From Raillietiella orientalis (lineage: Eukaryota): a DNA stretch of 40,277 bases. Location: contig JAYWIR010000020.1 in the NCBI GenBank assembly GCA_036172245.1, positions 3,410,001-3,450,277 of the forward strand, read 5' to 3'. A program made the position numbers and the translations under genes. The notes under the pieces were generated by a model, which worked only from the letters and a program-made list of their open reading frames with translations, searched no databases and was not told where the DNA came from. Positions 10,380 to 21,929 of the stretch are shown piece after piece; the first letter of the stretch is position 1; each line of letters opens with the position of its first letter.

Positions 10380-12330
10380 TAAACCGTAAAGACAGATCGT
10401 CTGTCTGCATTGCTGGGAATCGACGAAGCCATTCGCGCCACACGGTCACTTAACTTGATGCCCCGTATGTGTCGTTCGCAGGAACTTTAACGGGAACAGA
10501 GTCACCTGGAAATCGTAGCACGGACGTTTCCCGTCGTGCTGCCTGTAACAGTTAAGCGTAACCAATGCGGCGACGCCTGAGCGACCAGGGGAAAGTGTCG
10601 TGTTGCAGGTAGAGTGCGCGAGCCGGGCAAAAGGTTCCAATGGAGACAAATGTGCGCTGCAACGATCGACTCGAAGCCCGGCTCCTCCTTCCCCCCCCCC
10701 TCCTCCCCCCCTCTCTCCCTTCCCGAAATCAAGAACTCTCGCAACCATTCCTCGACGCAGAGCTTCCCCCTGCCTGAAAGCTGTCACCGGGGACAAATCA
10801 CTTCTTGATTTCCACGCTCGATTCTGTCTTCGTAACGTCAGCAGTACCCTGGTCCTTCCTTCTGGGCCACAACCTCGAGGGCCTTTCCTCTTCCCCAGCT
10901 TCCTTTCACTTGTTACGTCTTAATAAGATCTCCATAAAATGTGTTTTTTTCTCTCTCAGACTTCTCCCTTTGATCTTAACGGAACTCTCTCTGCAGGCCA
11001 CTGGGGACCTCACCCTGTTTCGATCGCCGGTACTCGTAAACAACCCCATGTGCTTCTCCCAACCACGCTGTTTCGGTCCGGGACTCGTGGTTGCCAGCTT
11101 CCATCCCGGAGACCCTTTGCCGGGACTCCAGGACGGAGAAGTCCCGAGACATGACGGTGGAGAAGGAGGAGAGGGGGATTTCTCGTCCGTCCTCAGCTAA
11201 CTCCCTCCCGCGTCGCTGCCCCAAGTCCCGGCGATCCCTCGCTCCGCCACGGGATGCTTTTGCACTCGGGATGCTCTCCGGGAACCCTCTTGCAGCTGTC
11301 GCAGGATGGGCGCGCGGGCCAATCCTGCAGGGGGTGGCAACGTCCTTCCTCCTGCCCTCAGTCGCTTCTTCCCGGACACCTCATCTTCCATATTCCGCGA
11401 GAAAGGAGAGGGAAGGCGAACAAGGGGAGGAGGAACTTCTCGGGCGGTTTGCCGGCCTGCAAGTGGCCGCGCGCTTAGCCGGCGACGAGTGCCGCCTCTC
11501 CCTGCGAGGGCGCGGGCAGGGGAAAGGCAAAAAAGCAGAAGGGGGGGGGGGAGAAAAGCAAAAGCGGGATGAAGTGGCGTGTGCAAGCCCGGCCGGGACC
11601 GCCTCTCGCCTTGCTTTCGCCGTCTGGGATGCAGTGGAGGAAACCTTCCTTCTCGCGTCCTTTCCTCCTCCGCCTCCTCCTGGACCCTCCCCTCCCGACA
11701 TCCTTTTCAGACCCGCTGCCACGGTACCTCTGGAACGATGACTGGGGGGGACCCATGGATCTGGCCCGCGCGCAGGCGAACGGAGGTCGCGAGCATGAGG
11801 GTGGGGCGGAGTCAGCGATCCTGGGTCACGCCGAGTACGTGAAAGTGACGGAGGTACCTGGAGCTGGGATTTGTTCCCATTCCAGTGGCTCGGGAACGGG
11901 ACGGGGGCTGGGGCATGTGTCTGGGGGTAGGGACAGAAACCCCTACTGGGTACCGCGCGCGTCTCCTTCCTTCCTTCCTTCCCCCTTGCGGCGCATCTCC
12001 ATCATGGTTCCTGCAGAGTCTCATCCTCCCGGCGGGACGCCTGCCGAGTCTCGAGGAAGAACAGGGCGGGATGGGGGTGTCCGATCAGGGATCGGGCAGG
12101 CGAGAGGCACCTTGCCCGCCTCATCCTTCTCGGAGAGGACAGAGAAGTCTCACATTCGAGTTCGCGCTCCCGAAGTGGCTCCCCTGAATACCCACTGGCA
12201 GCTCGAGAATAGTGTCTTCTATCCCGAACCTCATTCCATCCCCTGTTGCCCATCCTCCGCGAGGGAGAGCGCGCGCTGTTCGCACCGCCGCCGAAGTAGG
12301 CGCTCCCATCAATCGGAGGCGTTCCCTCCC
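10380..12330 (+). mobile_element. Decayed L1-type LINE ORF2 3' half including zf-RVT
   Basis: GDKSLLDFHARFCLRNV (~10789; GGL.LPDF..Y), RSPVLVNNPMCF (~11021-11056; SPL..NP.F), PRYLWNDDWGG (~11719; KWE.DLG), GICSHSSG...GLGHVSGGRDRNPYW (~11866-11950; C..C...G.L.H.FW.C...YW). Confidence 0.6.
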
Positions 12331-12419
12331 GCTGCCTCTCCCTGCCAGCGGAACGGCAAACTGCACTTTTCCTCTCCTCCCTCATTCTCTCTCTGACTCT
12401 TCTCTCCTCCTCCCCACTC

Positions 12420-13620
12420 CCCCGACCGCACATGCGACGCAACCACATCCTGACTGCGGCGCGCTGACGTCAGAAGGCATTCTTGCCTCGGGCCGGTCTC
12501 TCTCGCGCACGTACCCACCAGTGTTCCAAAGTCTAGTCAAAGACCCATCAGATTCCTCACCCCCCCCCCCCTTCCCCTCCTTTCCTTGCGGACGGCTCAC
12601 ACCCCCGCGCCGTGCCTCCCGCGTGCGTTCTCCTCCTCCTCGGTTGCCCCAGGAAACCAGCCGGCGGGTCCGTCCCGATTTCAATAATCTCTTGCGAGTT
12701 GAAGCAGTAGCACGTTGCCTGGGGAAACAGGCGACAGGAAACCATCCTCGGCGGCGAAGCGAACCTGAAAGTTCCCGGAAACCTGACGCTTCAGGATCGC
12801 CGTCCCCCCCTTGTTTCCTCCCCTCTCTCTCCTCCCCCCTTTTTTCCTTCGTCTCTTGTGTACGTTCCCGATGACAAAGAAGCAACGAGAGCGTTCCCGC
12901 CGAATCGATGTGAACTCGGCGAGAACAAGCCGGGGGCTCTGTGGAGAGCAATCATCTCGAAGATCGCGCTCCTCCTGCCTCTTGTAGGGAGAGGATCATT
13001 CCGGAACGGAATCATCCAGGACTCCTGCGAGGAATCCACAAATCTTCATTAGATTGGGAACAGACGACTCCCATAACGAACCGGTTCGAAATCCCATTTC
13101 TTTCCGCGTGCCCGCACGGCAAGGACGCACGCCCGTCGGCGCCCGATCCGGGCACCGATCCCGGCAAAAGTTGTCATCTCGCCAATCAGAGCCACGAGAA
13201 CGGATCGATTTTCCCGCGCAGGAAAGAAGTTATGCACGGGGAAGACATGATTTCATTACACGGGTCGTTATCGCGTCCCCCGGCACGGTACGCGACGTCG
13301 CTCGGCGTTCCACGTCACGTCACGGGCGACCGACGGGATCCCGGAAACCGTGAATCTGGATCGATCGTCGCCGCCGAAAGCGCGGGTAGGGAAGCTCCTC
13401 CTCTCCTTCCCCCCTTCGTGAGGAGACGGGGTCCATCGTTCGGGGGGGAAGGGGCCGCGTCGCTCACCGAGAGGGAGGATCATTCGTTCCCCCCTTCTTC
13501 CCCCGCATCCTCGTCGGCGCCGGCTCGCCGAAATCGCCTTCCGCCGCCCGCACCCGGGACAGAAGACATCGGCCTGCACACAGGCGGGGGAAGGGGGAGG
13601 GAGGCGCTCGGGCGGGAGTG
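12420..13620 (-). mobile_element. Decayed Tx1-like LINE 3' part (zf-RVT and C-terminus), probably continuous with 14890-18510
   Basis: SWMIPFRNDPLPTRG (~12980-13025; W...H..LPT), PPACSRRVHIDSAGTLSLLLC (~12875-12935; C.RC...ET..H.L..C), SLTRLWNTGG (~12515-12545; K..LW..RN). Confidence 0.5.
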
Positions 13621-13844
13621 CGAACAGGAAACCCCGATTTTTGCGTCACGGGGGATGACGGAGGGTTTCGGATCGTGAAAAGTCCCGAATTGTACGGGTT
13701 TCGGATCGTGGGAGCGCGTGCCCCAAAGTACGTGTGTATTCGCCACACATGGACTCAGGCCGACACACGGCGACGCGCGCTTTCACGCCTGCAGCGAACC
13801 GTTGGGTGTGGAGTGGGCAGAGATCATCATCGCTGAAGACATCA

Positions 13845-14170
13845 CAAGGATTGGTCAGTTAGCCGATTAGTTAGTCAGGTTCCCGGTAGTTCACGCGCAC
13901 CAACAGCAAGTTGATGTTCCACTCACTTTTAAGCGCCCGGCACCCCTGTTGGGGGATTTCAGCATGCATGAATCTACTTAGCTGATTAAGAACATAATGA
14001 AAATGGATACCGTGAGGTAAGCCTGTGTACAAATCGGGAAAAGGTCTCCCTCAAGTCCCCTAGTGCAAACAGTCCCGATTCCCCTTTCTACCATAAAAGG
14101 TCAGGGATTGTACTTCAAGCTCCATTGTCTCAGCGAAAGTCTCACTCTTCAGTTTGCGCAGCCTCGACAT
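13845..14170 (+). mobile_element. Possible younger LINE fragment inserted in opposite orientation
   Basis: Low CpG. Peptides KLMFHSLL (~13908) and PFLP*KVRDC / PLSTIKGQGLYFKLHCLS (~14080-14135) resemble the pre-zf-RVT region. Weak. Confidence 0.3.
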
Positions 14171-14889
14171 CTAAGCGGTTTTAGTTAGATGCGAATACAA
14201 ACGGGAAAAAAAGAAAAAGAAAACGAAAGCAAAATTCACTCGCGAGTTGTTCCGCGCCTGTTTTTTGAAGGACGAATCCTCGGACGAGCGAAAAGTTGCC
14301 GATCGAAAGAGGAACATAACTTTCATTCCTCTTCCTAAGTTCATTGCTCAGATTGAATTCGAAACAGGATTTATCCAGTGTATGAAGATCTGAGTTTGGG
14401 AAATAATTGGGCTTTCAGCGGCTTGCTCAGTGCAGCGGTTATAAACGCACCACATGGCTCACATAAACGGGCCATCGACCACTTCGTAGGACCAAATTTG
14501 ATGCCTGTAGTGCTTTATACGAATGCGTGCGGTGTCTCCATGGATACAACCCTACAGCTTGCAACGCGCGCGCGCTATTTTTGTGCCTCACATTGTTGAA
14601 AATTCCGTTAAACTCGTGGGGTTTCCTTTTTTTTTTCTTTCTTGTTCGGCCAAACAGTTGATGGGTGCAACGCCCAAGCGAAATTCCATTATAGGGGAGG
14701 ATCGTCTGCGCTCACGTGCGAACTGCGAAACTCGTGCGTATGGCGGACGTGTGTCCGCGATCGCATGGAGAAACAAACGAAGCGTGTGAATTACTTCACT
14801 GACTTGCGTTGACTCGATCAAGCATTTCTGTATCAAATACGAAAATGAAATGTGAAGGAGGGAAGGGGACCCAACTTCTAATTTCAAAC

Positions 14890-17800
14890 CCTTTTTTGTT
14901 CGTTCCCATTTTCACAAGAAACATGGGTCGCAGTTTCCTCTTAATAGGGCGCTGCCGAGCTCGTAGTTCAAGGAGCGATTCTTTTCATGAGTTTTCTCGG
15001 GTGTCTCATATACAAGTTCGGAGATTGGTAGTGAAGTTGTAAAGCTGTAGATCATCGAGAATCTCGTGCAAGCAGCGAAATTCAGGAGCTGGCAGGGAGG
15101 ACGCTGGAAACAGACGAAATTCCCGGACGCCTGGACGCGCGAGAGCAGGGAGCGGATCCACGGAGGGAGCCGCAAAGGATGCGTGCGGCGTTGACTCTGT
15201 GGTTTGCGGTAGTCCGGAGCGCGGGTGGATGGCCAGTCGGTTGCTCGAAAAAGGGGTGCAGGCGCTCTCGTTCGAGGAGACGGGAAACCTGTCTTCGGGC
15301 CCCGGTGAGGCTTATCCGAGAGCACACCATTGCTGCTGCGGCGGCCGCCTAGGGGAGGGTCGGAGCCACCGCGGGATACTCGCCGGTGCTTGGGCGAAGC
15401 CTCTTTGGATGCGCGTGAAGGCTCGAAAGGCGGACGTCACGTTGGTCCGGGTAGGGGGGTTTCAAGGATCGAAGGAAACGCGCAACCGTCGTCGACCGAC
15501 GCCCACTGCTGCTGACCAGAACACCAGGCCTCGACTCTCCTCGGTTCCAGAAGAACGAACTTTTCGAGGTACCGCGTGGTTTCCGGGATTCTCTCTTGTC
15601 CGGAAGAGAGGAGCAGCTGGACAGAAGGAAGGACCACCTTTCCTCCCTGCTGGATCATCAAACAGCACTTCAACTTCTTCCTCTCTCTCTTGCTTTACCA
15701 TTCCTCTGAGCAGAAGAGGGGGGAACAAGCGTCGGAATCTTCGCCACAGCAACGATGGCGGAGATTGGCTAACGGGGGAAGTGGCATGGAACGCTGCTGT
15801 CCCCCGTTCCCTTCCCGCCTTCGTGCGAAGCGGAGGAGGGCGCTTTGCCAAGAGTCCTCAGGAGGTGACGACGAGGGAGTGTTCTCGGCGTGGGCGCACT
15901 CGCGTCCTCGGGATCGTGAGATGCTCGGCTGCTACGACAAGCAGAGCCGGCGGCGCCGTTTGCCGATCCTCCCGCCCTAGGGCAGAAAGCGTAAGGATCC
16001 CGAGGACGCCCAGGGCGACGACGGCTCCTCCCACGCGCCCGCTGGCTAGCTCTCTAGAAGATGCCTTGACTTTCGTGGGAGGAGGGCAGCGGGACGAAAG
16101 AGGGGAGGAGGCGGGCCTGCAGTGAGCTCCTGTCCTTGGCAGGGGCGGGAAATAGGAGTCGAGAGCTCTCCCCAGACAGAGAGGAGAGATGGGGCGCTGA
16201 GCTGCATGCCGCGCCCGTCCCGAGAGGACTGTTCGGGGGAGTACCCGATTTCCGTGAGCACGAAGGGGGGTGGGGACCTCCCTTTCAACGATCTCCGTCT
16301 CCTGGGAAACGGCACCGGAAGGGAAAGGGGAACCGCGTCCCCTCTTCATCTTCCCCCTCCTCTTTTTCTGCTCCTCCACCGCCGCCCCCTATGCAGGGGA
16401 AGGGAAGACGGGCGGGTGGGACCTTCCACGTTTCCCCTGGATGTCTCCATAGCGCGCGATAGAGAACGAGGCAGTCGCCTCCGCCGAGCAGACCGAGGTC
16501 ACCCTTGGAAGTCCGCCTGGGGAACAGCGAGGAGGGGAGGTCATCCCTCCAGGATCTCTCCTCTTTCCCGATAGCCGGCTCCTCCTTCTCTGGTTGCTGC
16601 CGCTCCACCCGTGGTGAAGCAGCCGAAGGGAGAGAAGGAAACCGAGGGAAAGCAGGGACGACGGCCGCGCCGCCTCCGCCTCCTGGTGGTCCACTTGGGA
16701 CGGCGCTCCCGTCCGGCGTCCGGGATCTCCGTCGACAGGGATAATGCCTGCCGCTCCCCGCGGCCTTCGCGAGGAGGGGACTGCCGTCTGCTTACCCCAC
16801 TCACCCCCATCCGCCTGGATGAGACGGAGACCCCTCCGCCCAAGCGCCCGCCTTCGCCTTTGTTTCTGGGCGCTGCTCCGGGTAGCCTGCAGCTTGGTGC
16901 ACCCTCTGCTGAGACACCCTCGGCGCGCGAACGATGTGGAGCCTCCCGGAAGAAGCGAAGGCGGACGCCGACGTCAGCGATCCTTGCGGCGGCGGCCTCG
17001 GGCGGGACGCCACCGTCTCCCTCCCCCCCCCTTCCGTCCGCTCTCCACGCGAGTGCGCGTTCTCCTTCCGCATTTCACTCCCGGTGCCACCGACGGCGTG
17101 ATTCGCCCCGAGACCGTGCGGGACGGCCCGTACCTGGACGACCCCATGCCGAGACCTCCAGGGAGGGATGAGGGAGTAGGGGAATGGGGGAGGAGGAGGA
17201 GGAGGAGGAGGAAACACGCCCTGCTCCGCTGCTACCGCGCCTGAAGGGTATCGTCGTCGTCGTCACACACGGCCGCACGCGAAGATTCAGGAAGGCGAGG
17301 TCAGCTCCTCCTTCTCAGGTGCTGGCGGCGCCAGGCACTTGGCGCGAACGATCTCCCCCTCCTCCCCTCGTTTCCTTCCTTCCCTCCGGGCTGTATTTGC
17401 GAACAGTCGGAACAGCCTGCTCTTCGTCACCGCCGTGGGGTCGCGCTTCTGTGGCGCCGGGGGGCCTCCGAGACGGCGGCCTCTGAGGAGGGGGGGGAGG
17501 AGAGGAAAAAGATCTCCTTCTTGACGTCATCTCTCCCGGCCGCTCCTCCTCGAAACGCAACCGGCAGAACTTCGCCTCGTGCAGGAACCGTTGCTCCAAA
17601 GCCGCGCTCCCTTTCGGCGCCGATCTGCACCGGCGTCGCCTTCTGGCGGCGTCTTACCGGAGGAACACTGCGCGAGAGCGGCCAGCACCGGTGCCCTCAC
17701 ACAACCCGGGGTGCTCCCTGGAAATCGCAGGTCGCGAGAGTTGGGAAAGGAGAGGGGTTCGGGGGGCATCTTCGCCAGGGACACAGTGCATTCCACGCGC

Positions 17801-18510
17801 CCGGAAGCGGCCTGCAGCAGCATCGAAAAGACTGGCGAGGAGGAGGGCGTTTCCCACCGTCCGGGCCGCGTGGACGGTCTCCGGTGACGTCAGTGGGGCG
17901 GGGCACCGCGGCGAACTCGAGGGAGCTCGTTCGTGACGTCACCCGAAGCTTGCGGGTAGGAGGGAGAGGCGCAGCGGGCGTTCGAGTGCGTCACTCGAGC
18001 CGAGGACACTGCGTAGGAGGTGACGTCACGGAGTCGTCGCTGGCAGACTGCCTACCGCAACGCGCTCTCCCGCAGATGGCGCGTTCTCCGAGGAGCGACC
18101 GGACGGAAGGGTGGCAGCAGCCCCATGCTGCTGCGTCTGCAAGTGTATCCAGTCGAAGGCAAGGTGGAGCGGCAATGAAGGCGCTGGAGTTTCCTTCTTC
18201 GGTGCGGCCTCGAGGACGAAGCGCGCCGCCGGTCAGGGAGACAGAACGAGCTCGGGGAGGCGGAGCAGAGAAAGGGGGAATGAAGCTGCTGCGAAGGGAT
18301 CTTCCAGCTCCGCAGGCACCACGAAACGCCACGATCCCTCCTCAAGCAGAAGCACCCACATTCGTTCCAAAAGAGTGGCTTCCGGTAGCGAGGAAAGCGA
18401 GCGAAGGGCGTGTCCGAGGCAGCGATGCGACGCGAGCGAGACTGCGTTCGTGATGGCTCTTTTACCAGCCTTCCCCGAAGGGGATCCCACATCTGATCTC
18501 ATCCGTGGCT
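14890..18510 (-). mobile_element. Near full-length decayed Tx1-like LINE ORF2 (APE endonuclease + RT)
   Basis: Ordered motifs: SDVGSPSGKAGKRAI (~18450-18500; NV.GL...KR..I), RDRGVSWCL (~18315-18340), FLHEAKFCRLRF (~17550-17590; LL.D..FC), SWRDDLPSSLFPRRTSKGDLGLL (~16490-16560; SWR..I.L.PKKGDL), SPLCLGRALDS (~16155-16185; SLD.EKAFD), PPALLVVAAEHL (~15915-15955), TRYLEKFV..QQQWASV (~15495-15580), RLPPWIRSLL (~15145-15175). Confidence 0.7.
17885..18028. promoter_or_regulatory. Three perfect CRE palindromes (TGACGTCA) plus a GC box
   Basis: TGACGTCA at 17885, 17934 and 18021; GGGGCGGGG at 17895-17903. Motif presence is certain, function is not. Confidence 0.35.
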
Positions 18511-18711
18511 CCTTTTTTTTTTTTTTTTTAAAGCGCCTCTTGGCGATTCGAGTTTGGGGGTTGGAAAGGGGGGGGGGAGGGGGGACTTTTGGGCGGAAGT
18601 TGGCGCAGCGGTTCGGACCATGCGGAAGGATTGTGCTCGCCGTCAAGTCCCCCGGATGAAGCAGCGGCGGATGAAGGACCGTCCGTTCCTCCTACCCTCT
18701 CAGTGACAACA

Positions 18712-18787
18712 GAAGCGGGCAGTTCTTTCTGCCCGCTTCCTATTTGCGAAGGTCTGGCAGAGTTCTTTCTCCGCCAGACCTTCGCAA
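18712..18787. repeat. Twin inverted repeats (two adjacent hairpins with identical TTCTTT loops)
   Basis: GAAGCGGGCAG(18712-22)-TTCTTT-CTGCCCGCTTC(18729-39) is a perfect 11-bp stem. TTGCGAAGGTCTGGC(18744-58)/GCCAGACCTTCGCAA(18773-87) is a perfect 15-bp stem, then one mismatch, GAG/CTC, and loop TTCTTT. Confidence 0.95.
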
Positions 18788-19039
18788 CTGGTGAGGCAAG
18801 GAAATGACTCCGGAGGCGGGAAGCACGGGAGGATGCCGAGTTTCCCTTTCACGTCAGCGAATGCTGTTTGTAAACAAACCGTCCACCGAATCTGTTGTCA
18901 CTGCTTGTGCGTGGAAAGACGACATCAAAGGACTGCAGTTGGCCGTGGGGTTTCCAGAAAGCAACAGAGATATTGCGACGGTTCTTCGCCCGCGCTATTG
19001 TTTTCCGTTGACACATATCCAGCGTCGCACGGTATTGCC

Positions 19040-19220
19040 ATATCCCGTTAAATCAATATTAACAAAACAGAAACGAGGAAGAGGCATTTTTCTTTGTCAC
19101 TGCTGCAAAAGTTGGGCCATAATTGGATAAGAAATTCCTTTCAATTGGAGCTGACTGACGCATCTCTTATAATTTACAGTACTCTCTTGCCTTGGCCAAG
19201 TTGCATAACAAAGTCTAAAA
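19040..19220. promoter_or_regulatory. CNE/enhancer-like island
   Basis: AT-rich. AATCAATA, CTTTGT, CCATAATTGG, GATAAG, TCAATTGG, TATAATTTAC, TTGCATAACAAAG (Oct-Sox-like). Confidence 0.5.
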
Positions 19221-19289
19221 GAAAAGAAGAGAGGGAGAGAGAGAGGAGAACGCACGCATGCTTTTGAGACAAATCACAGAGTATTTATC

Positions 19290-20005
19290 CTTTTATTCAA
19301 AACGTTTTTTTTTCTTCTTCTTCTTTTTACAGGTGGATTCCATTCCACTGATATCCTTCCCGTACTTCTTACTCTTGAGATAATTCTTGCCAGTTTGGGA
19401 GAATGCGTTGTAATGAGCTTCGTAGAGTAGCGATTTTCAATTTACGGACCCCATTCTCATTTTCAATTATGCTATCTGGTTTCCATGGTTTCCTATTTGT
19501 GGAATGGCTGTTCCTATTCGATTCGAATCGATTTAAAATGTAGCCGCGATGCTAAACAAAATGAAACGTGCTAAAAGATTAAAAACTGTATATACAGAAT
19601 GGGGATTCGAAATTCCGTGAAGAAAGAAAGATGTGAAACGCAGAACTCTTTTTCCTCTTCTGCTTTTTTTTTTTTTTTTTAATTAAAGCTCGCTAAGAAA
19701 AAAAAACGAACTTTCTGGGAAGGATTTGCTAAAAGGATTTAATAAAAGTAGGGTGTCTGCAGGTTTCCAGAAGGAGATTTTGTATTTGCGGAAGAGGAGC
19801 AGATAAATCCTTGGGAATGTTTAAAACCTCGCTCCACCAATCTCTGAAAAGTAAAACGAAATGCCAACAGCGTTATTTTGATCCGTCTGGAAAGAAAGAG
19901 CGGTCGTCCACCATCGCTGCTATTCGCCTCATTCCACCGGAGAAGAACGGAATATCTTTTTTCTTGCTTTCTTTTCTTCTCTTTCCTTCTTTTCTTTTTC
20001 TGTCC

Positions 20006-20041
<36 letters not shown>

Positions 20042-21420
20042 TTTTTTTTTACAAGCGATTCCATTTTTTCACCATTTTAGTCGCAAACACGCTTTTGGAA
20101 TTGCAGGAAGAAAGGAGACGCAGGAGGAAATTTACGCTCCTCCGAGTTCCGTGCGTTCTTTGATGGGTGACTCCTCGAAGCAAACTGCTTGTTTACTCAT
20201 TTCTCGTGCACTCCGAGTGTACCTGAACCTACTCGCCCTACGTGTGGACAAACCAAGTGCTGGCACCAGTTCCGCAGGCCTTTGAAACGAGACCTACGCA
20301 GCAGTGTTTTCGTACATCCCTTTCCAACACCACCGTTCAATCCTTTCGTGCCTCCTTGCAATCGAACGTGCTGATGACGAAAGTTTCCTGTTGTTTACAA
20401 AAAGCTCGTACTTTTTGTAGAGCATCTCGGCTGAAGGATTCCTCTCATGCCTTGGAACACTACCAGACCAGGTTGCTATCGGTTTGAAATTTTTCTCCAT
20501 CTCCATCCATGCCGAAGGAACGGACGAGCAAGAGAGAGAGAGAGAGAGGGAGAAAGATGGGGGGGGGGGGGGAGGAAAGGAAGGAAGAAAGAAAGAAGTG
20601 TCTTCATGACATGAACGGCTCACGCTCGGCTGGTTGCATTTTCATCTCACTGTATCGAAACGAGAGGAACGATCCGCAGTGTCTTTGCGAACCCGCGTGC
20701 AGGAGGAGGAGGGGGATGCCACGTATCAGGGAGAAACGCATTCCCACGGTTGTAAGAATAAAAACACACACACACACACACACATCTCCGATCCAAACAT
20801 TCGTGGTGCGAGAGCGTCAACAGCATGCGCGCAGCAGCCGCCGCAGACGCGAGATGCCCGAATTTCAGCTGCTCTGGGGAAGTTTCCGAAGGGGCAGCAC
20901 GAAAGCATGAAAACGCATGCAGGATGAATGGAAGAGCGGAAAGCGCAATTCGTGGCGATAAAAAGGAAGGCTCCAAGGGAAAAACAACGGCGTGTGAAGC
21001 TCCGGCGTTTGCGTTTGCTTCCGGCGAGCGGTGAATTCACACTGCCAGGCGCCCAACGAAGTTTAGAACTGCGATCCAAGAAGGAAGACCTCAGCGGAGC
21101 AGGCATTCGGGCGTTGGAAGGCTCCCTCCCGTTTGAGGGGCGAGAAGGTCCGTCCCCCCCTCACAGTAGGCAGAGCACACGGCGATGAGTCGGTCATTAT
21201 GAGTCGCTGACCGGAAGGGAAGACGAACTTCTGGAGAATGTTCGAAATCGACGCCAAGCCATCCATTGTCTCCCGATTCAAAGAGTGCCTTCCGGAACTC
21301 TTCTTGAAACGGGCTGATCAATGCGGATCAAAATGGGCATCATCTGCGCATCGCGCTGCATCTCGAAGCGTCTATGGAAAATCTTCCGGGAGAAGCCATT
21401 CAGCGCGCTGAAAGGTGAAG
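19290..21420 (-). mobile_element. Decayed L1/Tx1-type LINE 3' half, interrupted by microsatellites
   Basis: NRETMDGLASISNILQKFVFPSGQRLI (~21200-21280; GGLGL...K.....QRLL), SAEMLYKK...ERWCWKGMYEN (~20300-20435). Minus-strand A-rich tract 19305-19328 and AATAAA 19292-19297. Confidence 0.5.
19955..20050. repeat. T-rich tract ending in T26 (20025-20050)
   Basis: Directly visible. Confidence 0.95.
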
Positions 21421-21659
21421 AGAGAGAGAGAGAGTGGTAGAAGCTGCAAATCCAGTTATCGGAAAGGAAAAAGAAGAAAGGGAAGCCACACAAATAAAGG
21501 TACGCTCGTTTGAGACGAACACGTCAAACGCGTGCTTCCCCCCCCCCCCCCCTCCCAAACCTTCCGCAGTCCCTTTCGTTACCCCAGTCTTGAGGAATTT
21601 TCCCAAATTTCAAGCGCCACTTTTTGACGGTGTTTCGAGGGGGTAGGAGGGATTCACCG

Positions 21660-21925
21660 CGACCACATTTGATCACAAAGGATGGAATCAACACACCAGG
21701 ACATTACGAAAGCAAAGTTGTAACCCAAAGGTTCGTAGGCCACTTTTGAGGAGGCTGTCAATTATCAATTCTGTGCGCGCGTGGTGTGCGTGTGCTTCCT
21801 TCACTTGAGGAGAAGGGAAGGAACCGTGTTCTCGTTGCATCTGTAATCACGACTTGCGGTGTCCTCTGCACGCGTGTCCACCCACCTCATTCGCAATAAA
21901 ATGACATCTGCAATTAACAGTCTAG
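21660..21925. promoter_or_regulatory. CNE/enhancer-like island
   Basis: TTTGAT, ACAAAG, TGTCAATTATCAAT (Meis/homeodomain-like), GTAATCA, CAATAAAA, TGACA, CAATTAAC. Confidence 0.4.
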
Positions 21926-21929
21926 GATC

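Noticed and set aside
19518..19531. Perfect 14-bp palindrome TCGATTCGAATCGA (also 12-mers at 4511 and 13077; 8-9-bp stems at 8029 and 20396)
   Set aside because: About 10 12-bp and 2-3 14-bp palindromes are expected by chance in 40 kb.
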